Below are positions 1-7,289 of a stretch of 27,069 nt of DNA, in pieces. The stretch is taken from positions 1 to 27,069 of the IMG/VR virus record IMGVR_UViG_3300021373_000002, one strand, 5' to 3'. Numbering within the stretch: position 1 is the stretch's first letter; the number at the start of each line of letters is the position of its first letter. A program made the position numbers and the translations under genes. Source of the stretch: a virus. Lineage: Duplodnaviria > Caudoviricetes. The notes below the pieces were generated by a model. The model was not told where the DNA came from, searched no databases, and saw nothing but the letters and a program-made list of their open reading frames with translations.

Positions 1-127
1 CTTAGATTATGTAAGATGTTATACCCTATTAAGTGGGAAGAACATTATCTTACACTCTCGAAAGTAGTAGAGATGGAGCGCATCTAATGTGGAAACTAGC
101 ATATCAAGGTATTATCCAAGGTCCCCC
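1..127. repeat. Terminal direct repeat, copy 1 (127 bp, identical to 26943-27069)
   Basis: cttagattatgtaagatg...attatccaaggtccccc occurs at both ends of the window. 127 is a standard assembler k-mer length, so this is most likely the overlap of a circular assembly. Confidence 0.97.
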
Positions 128-539
128 AGTAGCGATGGGGAGGCCTCGGATTACCAAAGCAGGAAGAGCCTATACTCCGAAGAGTTCTAGAAGTTACAAG
201 GATGCAGCAGTAAAGAACCTTCGAGCATCTTGCGGAGAGGATTGGATTCCTCTCGATGGGATATTTAAGGTTACGGTATCTTTTCTCCATCCTCGAACCA
301 AGAGATTATATCTCAAGCGAGGAGAACTTACTGCGGGTAGAATCTGGAGGCCAAAGAAGCCAGATATCGATAATCTGCTTAAGATGGTGCTCGATTGCAT
401 TACTCAATCCGATATATGGATAGATGATAATCGAGTAGTATCTCTCTCTTGTGAGGATATGTACTGCGGAGCCAATGAGGAAGCCCATACCCTATTCTCT
501 ATCTATACTTGGAGCAGTGAAGATGGAACCGAAGTATAA
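87..539 (+). CDS. rusA: RusA-family Holliday junction resolvase
   Basis: Has the RusA catalytic signature KPDIDNLLKMVLD...IWIDDNRVV and an N-terminal GPPVAMGRPR...YTPK segment. Start moved to ATG 87, which overlaps the upstream gene's stop (TAATG) across the circular junction. Confidence 0.88.
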   Translation: MWKLAYQGIIQGPPVAMGRPRITKAGRAYTPKSSRSYKDAAVKNLRASCGEDWIPLDGIFKVTVSFLHPRTKRLYLKRGELTAGRIWRPKKPDIDNLLKMVLDCITQSDIWIDDNRVVSLSCEDMYCGANEEAHTLFSIYTWSSEDGTEV

Positions 540-1365
540 GATATCTCTCTTCGATAGTCACTACGTAAGAGAGCCCCAGCAAGTAGAGGTATCCCTTCGT
601 AATCTTGCCAAGGCTCTGATGATGCCTTCGAAGCCCTTTCCAGTACGAGAAAAGAAGAGCCTCCCACTCTGGAGCCCTACTATCTTTGCTGGTAATCGAA
701 GCGGAGCCAATGCGATAGAGATCTCCTGCCTAGTATTCGATCTCGATGATGGTACGGACTGGGGCTGGAGATTGGGCTGGGATGAATACCACTACATAGC
801 CCACACTTCTTTCTCCCACTCTGAGCAGGTGCATAAGTGGAGAATAATCCTACCCTTGGAGGAGCCTGTAATCGCTACAGATTGGAAGCGAGCCTCTCAA
901 GCTGCTAAGCAACTATGGGATAAGGTAGTGGGGGAAGGAGAGCCCGATTCTAGTGCCCTTACCGATTGCGCTAGAATGTATTATCGGTTCGCTACTCCAG
1001 CAAGGGGAGATAACCATCTCCAAGCAGCGAAAGCGCATAAGGGTTCTAAGTTCCTTCGATTGGATTACTCCCATATACCGAAGGAAGAAAAGAAGCCTCG
1101 GTATCATAGATGGGTAAGCAGAAAGCCAGGAGCGAAAGTAGGCATCGAGGCTCTATTCCATAATCCAGAATTTAGAATGGGTATAGCATCGAAGGTCGGA
1201 GCCAGTATTAATGGTAACGTAGCTAGAGATATTATATGCCCTCAATGCGGTAAGAGAGAGGTTTATTTCTCCATCGATCCCTCTCTCCCTCATGCGGTCT
1301 TATGGCCACACTGTAACCGAGCAAATAAATGCCAATGGTGGGGAAGATTGGAGGATCTAATATGA
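523..1365 (+). CDS. Archaeo-eukaryotic primase (PrimPol-like) with C-terminal zinc ribbon
   Basis: AEP-like motifs LVFDLDDG (DxD), HTSFSH, KWRIILPL and DCARMYY, plus C-terminal CPQC...HCNRANKC. Lies upstream of a VapE-like helicase. Start taken at ATG 523 after GGAG. Confidence 0.72.
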   Translation: MEPKYKISLFDSHYVREPQQVEVSLRNLAKALMMPSKPFPVREKKSLPLWSPTIFAGNRSGANAIEISCLVFDLDDGTDWGWRLGWDEYHYIAHTSFSHSEQVHKWRIILPLEEPVIATDWKRASQAAKQLWDKVVGEGEPDSSALTDCARMYYRFATPARGDNHLQAAKAHKGSKFLRLDYSHIPKEEKKPRYHRWVSRKPGAKVGIEALFHNPEFRMGIASKVGASINGNVARDIICPQCGKREVYFSIDPSLPHAVLWPHCNRANKCQWWGRLEDLI

Positions 1366-1682
1366 GCCAGAACGAAGTAATCCCTAAGGGCTGTACTGAT
1401 TTTGGAATGTGGATATTCCGAGAGGCTGCTAGGAAGGATTGGAAGTTAGTACACTTAGCAAATAAGATCGGAATATCTGAAACTACCCTTAAAGGATATA
1501 TGACTGGGGTACGGTATCCGAAGATCGATACCTATCTAGCCCTCTGCGAACTGTTCTCAGATAGCCCGGAGGAACTATGGAAGATTATCCAAAGAGGATT
1601 CCAGAAGATGCCAGAGTATCAATTCACTTACAGAAGGCTTCGATATCGAGCCAGTAAAAAGAAGAACAAGAAAACCAAATAA
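1362..1682 (+). CDS. XRE/Cro-C1-type helix-turn-helix regulator
   Basis: HTH pattern LANKIGISETTLKGYMTGVRYP. GGAGG RBS and ATGA overlap with the primase stop. Confidence 0.8.
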   Translation: MSQNEVIPKGCTDFGMWIFREAARKDWKLVHLANKIGISETTLKGYMTGVRYPKIDTYLALCELFSDSPEELWKIIQRGFQKMPEYQFTYRRLRYRASKKKNKKTK

Positions 1683-1710
1683 CCCAATAACAAAAAAATA
1701 CGGAGGTACA

Positions 1711-1980
1711 ATGTATTTTAATCTATGGGTGCAGAAACAGATAGAAGATCTGCAAATCACGAGAAAAGAGATCTGTAACACTACAGGCCTTAGTTACTCA
1801 TCGTTAAATACTTCAAAGAAGTTTATGCCAAGATTATCTAATCTTGTGTTAATCTGCGAAGTACTGATAGAACTCAAGCAAGGAGATCGAGCCTGCTTAG
1901 ATGCCATGCTCTTAGAAGCGATCAAGGCCAGCAGTAAAGATTATCGTTACGCAGTAGAACGAATGGAGAAGAACCAATGA
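1711..1980 (+). CDS. Degenerate XRE-type HTH protein
   Basis: FNLWVQKQIEDLQITRKEICNTTGLSYSSL...PRLSNLVLICEVL resembles the other HTH paralogs. GGAGGTAC RBS. Confidence 0.6.
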   Translation: MYFNLWVQKQIEDLQITRKEICNTTGLSYSSLNTSKKFMPRLSNLVLICEVLIELKQGDRACLDAMLLEAIKASSKDYRYAVERMEKNQ

Positions 1981-3242
1981 ACCAACAGATGAAGAAACTA
2001 TTAGCCCTAGCAGAAGAGATGGGGATCAATGCAGAATACAAGTTCGCTCCAGAAGGTGCAGATATTGATACTTGGGATCTCTTAGAGAAACGAGATGCGA
2101 AATACGATAAGGAAGGAAACTTGGTAGCACCTCCGAAGCCCTATGCTAACCGCAGTAACATCGCAAAGATCTTGGAGAACGATCCGGAATATCGTAGCCT
2201 ATGCTATAACGATCACTCTAATAAGGTCAAGTGGAAGGATAGAGAACTCTGGGACCCAGATCTCGAGGAGATTGGCCTGCATATCGAAAGAGCCTATCGA
2301 ATCCGATACCCAAGCGCAGATATCAAACGAGCAGTACTCCGAGTAGCCCATCAGAACTTAGAAGAACCTATCCACAATTGGCTCCGTAATCTTCCGGAGT
2401 GGGATGGGGCTCCTCGTATTAGGCATCTTTTTCATACTGTATTTAAGGCTGCACGCATCGAAGGCTCTGAAGCAATAATTATGGAGATGAGTAAGAAATG
2501 GGTTATCTCTTTGGTAGCTCGTATTATGCAACCGGGTTGCAAGATGGATACCTTCCTCGTACTTTGTGGAGAGAAGGGATTGGGCAAGAGTACAGGACTC
2601 AAGGCTCTAATCGGAGATGCTTGGTTCTCAGATAGTCCCCTCGATATCTCCAAGAAGGATAGCCTCGAACTTATCCACAGTACGGAAACTTGGCTCTGGG
2701 AACTCGCAGAACTTCACTCTCTACAGGGTAGAACTGCGGATAACTTCAAAGCCTTCATATCTTCCGCAGAGGATAAGTTTAGACCCAGTTACCAGCAATT
2801 CCCGAAAGCCTATCACCGGAGAGTAGTGTTTGCTGGAACTTCGAATAACTATCAATTCTTATCTGATGGTCCGGAGCGCAGAGTCTGGCCTATTACAGTC
2901 ACTCAGCAAGTAGATCTTTCTTATCTCCATACCCACAGAGAGCAGATCTTCGCTGAAGCCCTCCACGAGTACGATAACGGAGCAATATGGCATCTGGAAT
3001 GGCAGAGCCAAAGAACTCTAAGCGAACTACAGGAAGCTTACATTATCGATGACCCTTGGGCTATGAAGGTGAGAGAGGCGCTCATAACAGGAAAAAATAC
3101 AACCTCTCAGATGATGGAGTTCCTTGAGCTTCCAGTATCTCAGCAGCATGTTGGTAATGCTCGGAGAATAGCGCAGATCTGTAAGGAATCGGGATACAAG
3201 CAAGTTATTCGAGATGGTGTTCGGGTATGGATTAGAAAATAA
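1977..3242 (+). CDS. VapE/VirE-like superfamily 3 helicase (P-loop ATPase)
   Basis: Walker A GEKGLGKS, Walker B-like WELAEL, and VapE-type motifs FRPSY...RRVVFAGTSN...FLSDGPERRVWP and REQIFAEA. Confidence 0.88.
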   Translation: MNQQMKKLLALAEEMGINAEYKFAPEGADIDTWDLLEKRDAKYDKEGNLVAPPKPYANRSNIAKILENDPEYRSLCYNDHSNKVKWKDRELWDPDLEEIGLHIERAYRIRYPSADIKRAVLRVAHQNLEEPIHNWLRNLPEWDGAPRIRHLFHTVFKAARIEGSEAIIMEMSKKWVISLVARIMQPGCKMDTFLVLCGEKGLGKSTGLKALIGDAWFSDSPLDISKKDSLELIHSTETWLWELAELHSLQGRTADNFKAFISSAEDKFRPSYQQFPKAYHRRVVFAGTSNNYQFLSDGPERRVWPITVTQQVDLSYLHTHREQIFAEALHEYDNGAIWHLEWQSQRTLSELQEAYIIDDPWAMKVREALITGKNTTSQMMEFLELPVSQQHVGNARRIAQICKESGYKQVIRDGVRVWIRK

Positions 3243-3245
3243 TCC

Positions 3246-3274
3246 TTGTATACTAGCCTCGAAAGATCTATAAT
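3246..3274 (+). promoter_or_regulatory. Sigma70-type promoter TTGTAT-N17-TATAAT
   Basis: -35 at 3246-3251, exact 17-nt spacer, consensus -10 at 3269-3274. Confidence 0.7.
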
Positions 3275-3280
3275 ACTTTC

Positions 3281-3339
3281 GATTGGTTTATGAATTGGAA
3301 ATGGTTGGAGAGCTCTGGGTTATGCCTGGGGCTCTTTTT
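3281..3339 (+). ncRNA. Candidate ~60-nt small RNA (sRNA-1)
   Basis: Lies between a consensus promoter and an intrinsic terminator, with no RBS-supported ORF. The 5' part contains three UUGG words. Confidence 0.45.
3309..3339 (+). terminator. Rho-independent terminator
   Basis: AGAGCTCTGGG-TTATG-CCTGGGGCTCT stem with G:U pairs that favour the + strand, followed by a T run. Confidence 0.7.
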
Positions 3340-3420
3340 CTGTTTAGATCTCCCTGCAGAAGTCAAATGATACTTGAGATCCAGTAAGCAAAGTAAACCA
3401 GATCGCTCCGTATCCAGTAA

Positions 3421-3693
3421 AAAATACAGATAATAACAGATAGACAACAGATAATAACAGATAGGTTAATCTGCGATAGTGCTCTACGTACCGAGCCAAA
3501 GTAACAGAAACACCCTAAAAAAGAGCATCGAGTAGTATAGAGAATATATTTTATCTATCTTTTTATATTATATATATATATAAGGGGCTCGAAGTACCCA
3601 CAAAGTAGCATATCGAGCCCGCAGTATCGAAAGAGTAGCAGATTTACCTATGTGTATTCTATCTGTTTTCTATGTGTTTCTATCTGTTGTCTA
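3421..3693. repeat. Inverted iteron arrays flanking an AT-rich core; putative replication origin
   Basis: ACAGATA at 3426, 3436, 3447 and 3457. Reverse-complement TAT(C/G)TGT at 3649, 3660, 3671 and 3681. Both arms end inward in ATAGGT(T/A)AATCTGC. An AT-rich/(TA)n tract lies at about 3541-3583. Directly downstream of the helicase gene. Confidence 0.7.
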
Positions 3694-4024
3694 GAGATCG
3701 GAGTGCTCTTTTAACCCATGCTCTTCCCGGAGTACCACCCCACAGAGCCCAAGCGATAGCAGCTTTACTGGTCTTATCTTGTCTAGCCTTGGCAGATCCT
3801 TCCGCTTCTGCATGCCTAGCGAACCAGGCTGCCATTAGTTCGAGCTGCTCTTTATCCACTTCACCGGAGGCAATTCTTCTAGCGGTTCGCATCCCGGTTC
3901 CGGGTACTCGCTTCCCTTTATCATCTTTGTAGGCTGCTCTCTTACTCATTGGCAGAGAGAGATTATAATCGATAGCTCGCTGGGCTAGCAATTGGATCTC
4001 TCTGGGGACTTTTACTGTAGGCAT
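3680..4024 (-). CDS. Conserved phage hypothetical protein ('IAWALWGG' domain)
   Basis: AGGAGG RBS. Motifs MAAWFARH and AAIAWALWGG, which I recall from head-morphogenesis-associated phage proteins. Confidence 0.75.
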   Translation of the reverse strand: MPTVKVPREIQLLAQRAIDYNLSLPMSKRAAYKDDKGKRVPGTGMRTARRIASGEVDKEQLELMAAWFARHAEAEGSAKARQDKTSKAAIAWALWGGTPGRAWVKRALRSLDNR

Positions 4025-4053
4025 ATAGCCTCCTATTGTGTTATGTTATTGAT

Positions 4054-4413
4054 ATGAAAATGAAAAGATTTAATAATACTCCTCCCTCTATCGATGGTGC
4101 TAGACTAGCCCATCTCTTTCCCGGTATCGAAATCGAGGAAGAGTTTAAGATTGAGGAAGCGCAGAAGATACTTAAAATCGAAATTGAAGAGATGCACGAT
4201 GCTATCTGCTGCAATGAGATCGGAGATACTTCCATTATAACAGTTAATGGAGAGGTTTATATCGTTGCCAAGTGGGATGCTCATGGAGTAGATCTTACCT
4301 TCGAGAGAGAAACCTTTCCAGCCTTGGGATTATTTGGAGCAGTACTTACTACTGTAAACATACTTCGAGGGCATAACGGAGAAGAGGATAGCGAGGATTA
4401 TGGCACGATCTAA
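4054..4413 (+). CDS. Hypothetical acidic protein (possibly leaderless)
   Basis: ORF fills the gap and overlaps the next gene. An extended -10-like TGTTATGTT ends 6 nt before ATG 4054, and no SD is present. Confidence 0.6.
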   Translation: MKMKRFNNTPPSIDGARLAHLFPGIEIEEEFKIEEAQKILKIEIEEMHDAICCNEIGDTSIITVNGEVYIVAKWDAHGVDLTFERETFPALGLFGAVLTTVNILRGHNGEEDSEDYGTI

Positions 4414-4600
4414 GAGCGATAATCTTCTGGTTCGATACAAGATTACCAGATTAATCCGAGAGGGCTATAAGTGGGAGCAGGCTGCAGCGATCGCTCTCAG
4501 AATGTATAGAGATGGAGAACTCCAAGGAAGCAAGCCCTACGAGAAGCCAAAGAAAAGAAAGAAGAGAGAAGAGCGCAGGAGAGATCGCTTCAGAAGATAA
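4400..4600 (+). CDS. Small basic hypothetical protein
   Basis: GAGGA RBS. LIREGYKWEQAAAIAL resembles a small motif common in phage proteins, followed by an Arg/Lys-rich tail. Confidence 0.65.
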   Translation: MARSKSDNLLVRYKITRLIREGYKWEQAAAIALRMYRDGELQGSKPYEKPKKRKKREERRRDRFRR

Positions 4601-4624
4601 TCCCCAGCAAGTAGAGGTACAAAG

Positions 4625-4867
4625 ATGGGACAGTTCAAGAAACTATTAAGAAAGTATATACAGAAGATCGGAGTTAACGTAGTTACCTTCTCTTCTGAGA
4701 TTGGAGTATCGAGTTCTACCGTATACAATTGGCTTAACGGAGTAACGATTCCAGACTTGAAAACATTACTACAGTTAGCGGATCGATTAGAAGCTCTCAC
4801 TGGTGAACAGTACGAAGAGATCTTAATCAAGTTAGTAGTATCAATTCCTCGGAGGTCAGATGCGTAA
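4625..4867 (+). CDS. XRE/Cro-C1-type HTH regulator
   Basis: FSSEIGVSSSTVYNWLNGVTIPDLKTLLQLA. GAGGTAC RBS. Confidence 0.85.
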   Translation: MGQFKKLLRKYIQKIGVNVVTFSSEIGVSSSTVYNWLNGVTIPDLKTLLQLADRLEALTGEQYEEILIKLVVSIPRRSDA

Positions 4868-5489
4868 AGATCCTAGCATTAATCTCCATCTCGGATGCTC
4901 TTTGGAAGCTATGCGAAGTATGAAGGATAACCAATATGATCTCGCTATCGTAGATCCTCCTTATGGAATCGATAGCTCTAGTACTTTTCATGGAAGCGGA
5001 AAACTCCGCAATAGAGTTCTTAATACCGATAATAAGATCCAAAGATGGGATACTGCACCTTCTCCGGAGTACTTCGAGGAACTCTTTCGAGTATCCAAAG
5101 AGCAGATAGTATGGGGAGGTAACTACTTCGATCTTCCTCCTACTCGTTGCGTAATCGCTTGGGATAAGGTGCAGCCTTGGGAGAACTTCTCGGGATGGGA
5201 GATGGGATGGACTTCTTTTAATAAGCCAGCTCCTCTATTCAAGTTCGATAATAGAACTGGAGGAAAGATCCATCCTACCCAGAAACCTATCGAGCTCTAT
5301 AAGTATTGCTTAGAGAAGTTTGCTTCTCCAGGAGATAAGATACTGGATACTCATCTCGGATCGGGTTCTATCGCTTGCGCTTGCTGGGATCTCGGATTCG
5401 ATCTAGATGCTTGGGAGATCGATAAAGATTACTTCGAGAAAACAGTAGCCAGATATACAGAGCACTCAAAGCAGAGTAAACTATTCTAA
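4860..5489 (+). CDS. Orphan DNA amino-methyltransferase (N6-adenine/N4-cytosine, beta class)
   Basis: Catalytic DPPY precedes HPTQKP and the SAM-binding ILDTHLGSGS. No adjacent restriction gene. Confidence 0.92.
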   Translation: MRKDPSINLHLGCSLEAMRSMKDNQYDLAIVDPPYGIDSSSTFHGSGKLRNRVLNTDNKIQRWDTAPSPEYFEELFRVSKEQIVWGGNYFDLPPTRCVIAWDKVQPWENFSGWEMGWTSFNKPAPLFKFDNRTGGKIHPTQKPIELYKYCLEKFASPGDKILDTHLGSGSIACACWDLGFDLDAWEIDKDYFEKTVARYTEHSKQSKLF

Positions 5490-5498
5490 GAGGTAGAG

Positions 5499-5828
5499 AT
5501 GGAGATAAAATTATTTGCTTGCCCAATCGGAAGAGAAACCGATATCGAATACATGCAAGAGAAACTAGCAGAACTAGACCCAATCTATATAGCGGTAGAT
5601 CTTAATGAGATGCTTAATAATGGAACTTCCAGAGATGAGATACTCGAACTTGTATCTAGATATCAGCAGGAGGGTAACTGTTATCTTAATATGATGATGC
5701 CAAAGGATAACGAGTTCTTCTATACTGATGATTGGTTACGGGATCTCTATCGAGCTTGGAATAGTTACACTGGGGTCTTCTGGTGGACTCCTACCCTAGA
5801 GATGGAAGCCCGATTGGCCACCCCTTAG
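5499..5828 (+). CDS. Hypothetical protein
   Basis: GAGGT RBS, and the ORF fills the space between the MTase and the TerS upstream region. Confidence 0.65.
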   Translation: MEIKLFACPIGRETDIEYMQEKLAELDPIYIAVDLNEMLNNGTSRDEILELVSRYQQEGNCYLNMMMPKDNEFFYTDDWLRDLYRAWNSYTGVFWWTPTLEMEARLATP

Positions 5829-5920
5829 GGCATGTGTACCTAGGGTACCCCCCCCGCACTTCACTCACCGCGAGATTTTTTTGATATTGGTTAATTTTTA
5901 CAGAAAAAACAGGATATACG

Positions 5921-6586
5921 ATGCCGAAACCGAAGGGAAGAAAGAGCAAGTTCACAGCTCCAGTAAAGAAAAGAATAATCGAAGCTCTCACCGCAGGTAC
6001 TACTTATGAGATCGCTGCTCAGTATGCAGGAATCTCTCGCTCTACTTTGTACGAGTGGATTAAGAAGGGAGAGAAGGAAGATAACGGAGCCTATCGAACT
6101 TTTTACGACAATATAAAAAAGGCAGAAGCAGAGGGAGCAGTAGTACACCTCGGAACGATAGCCCAGGCTTCCAAAAAAGATTGGAAGGCTGCTGCTTGGC
6201 TTCTTGAACGTAGGCATGGATACTCGAAAGAAGGGGTAGTTAAGCCCAATGAGGAGATTAAAAGCAAGCCTCTTCCATCCAATATGCTAGAACTTCTCCG
6301 GGACCAAGCGCAGGAACTTCGAGTATCAATCTCCAAAGCAGAATCGAGCCAATCTTGGCAAGCCTACGCAGCCCTCCAGAGGCAGCTCCTCCAAGTAGTC
6401 CAGCAGATAAGACAGATCGAAGCCGAGGAAGGTATGGGGGATGAACTCGAAGGATTAACCGATGAGCAACTTCTAACCGAGATTACTTCTGCTATTGTAT
6501 CTCTACCTCCAATCCTAAGACAGAGATTAGAGGGAACGATTAGCCAGATCGATAACGTTATCCCGATGCCAAAGGTGAAGAAATGA
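5921..6586 (+). CDS. terS: Terminase small subunit
   Basis: GRKSKFT...IAAQYAGISRSTLYEWIKKG (HTH)...KKAEAE...AAAWLLERR pattern typical of TerS. Located upstream of TerL. Confidence 0.75.
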   Translation: MPKPKGRKSKFTAPVKKRIIEALTAGTTYEIAAQYAGISRSTLYEWIKKGEKEDNGAYRTFYDNIKKAEAEGAVVHLGTIAQASKKDWKAAAWLLERRHGYSKEGVVKPNEEIKSKPLPSNMLELLRDQAQELRVSISKAESSQSWQAYAALQRQLLQVVQQIRQIEAEEGMGDELEGLTDEQLLTEITSAIVSLPPILRQRLEGTISQIDNVIPMPKVKK

Positions 6587-7008
6587 CAGTAATACAAATT
6601 GTACTTATCTCAGCGATGGGAGGCTCTCTTTTAACTAGTGGGGTTCTCATAGCCCTCGATAACAAGAGTAAGAAATGGGAAGATTTCTCTACTTCTCAAG
6701 CCGAAGTTATCAACAATCTATCAACACTACAGAGCGAGATCCAGAAGGGAGAACTAGAGATACAGAAATCTCTAACCGCTCCGGATCTATTGGAGATCCC
6801 TTGCTCTTCTGAGTATATGGCCAATAATGGAGAGGGCCTCTGCAGAGAGATGTTCTGCAGGCTCCAAACGAGAGAAGGAGATGGGGCTAGCCAATCGGAG
6901 TGTGAGGAGATTGCGAACCTCAATAATACAATCTCGATTATCGAAACTTGCAAAGCAAACGAGATGGAGATCGATAAATGCTTAAAAGTACTCGATACGA
7001 GAAAATAG
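6583..7008 (+). CDS. Membrane-anchored coiled-coil, Cys-rich hypothetical protein
   Basis: N-terminal hydrophobic helix, a heptad-like segment and six Cys. ATGA overlap with TerS. Confidence 0.65.
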   Translation: MTVIQIVLISAMGGSLLTSGVLIALDNKSKKWEDFSTSQAEVINNLSTLQSEIQKGELEIQKSLTAPDLLEIPCSSEYMANNGEGLCREMFCRLQTREGDGASQSECEEIANLNNTISIIETCKANEMEIDKCLKVLDTRK

Positions 7009-7289
7009 ATCGATATTGTGATATATGTACTTGCGATCCTTGCGATTGCGATGGGGTATGGGATGAATTTCGGATTATGGGTACAGATGGAGCTACACCA
7101 GCACGAGAAAAGCCTCTCTTGGCTAGCTGGCAGGATAGGCTCGCATCCTTCTCTCTTGTGCAAGTGGAGAGCAGGCTTATCGAACCCAAAAACAGAGTAC
7201 TTCTTTCTGGTATGCAAGGAGATCTCCCTGCTCAGAAGGGAACCGATAGAGAAAACCATCCGAGAGGGAGCGCAATCGATGGGGATTAA
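6978..7289 (+). CDS. Possible overprinted ORF with CxxCxCxPCxC motif
   Basis: GGAG lies 8 nt before ATG 6978. CDICTCDPCDC is encoded in the gap between two other genes, and the remainder overlaps the HTH gene out of frame. Confidence 0.35.
   Translation: MLKSTRYEKIDRYCDICTCDPCDCDGVWDEFRIMGTDGATPAREKPLLASWQDRLASFSLVQVESRLIEPKNRVLLSGMQGDLPAQKGTDRENHPRGSAIDGD

Noticed and set aside
1-127. Biological direct terminal repeat
   Set aside because: The length equals a common assembler k-mer (127) and the repeat falls mid-gene, so it is best explained as circular overlap.
2671-2679. DnaA box TTATCCACA
   Set aside because: A single copy inside the helicase CDS and not in the iteron region, so it is compatible with chance.
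3290-3370. 26-codon ORF MNWKWLESSGLCLGLFFCLDLPAEVK
   Set aside because: It has no SD and runs through the terminator. A non-coding reading is preferred, though a peptide cannot be excluded.
4860-5828. Restriction-modification system
   Set aside because: The gene after the MTase has no recognisable nuclease motif, and orphan MTases are common in phages.
7018-7062. Hydrophobic extension MIYVLAILAIAMGYG as a signal peptide or o-spanin lipoprotein
   Set aside because: There is no lipobox cysteine and it is in frame with a cytoplasmic HTH domain. ATG 7063 is the better start.
6696-7259. 187-aa minus-strand ORF and the other short antisense or alternate-frame ORFs in the track
   Set aside because: They overlap well-supported + strand genes and have no motifs or RBS.
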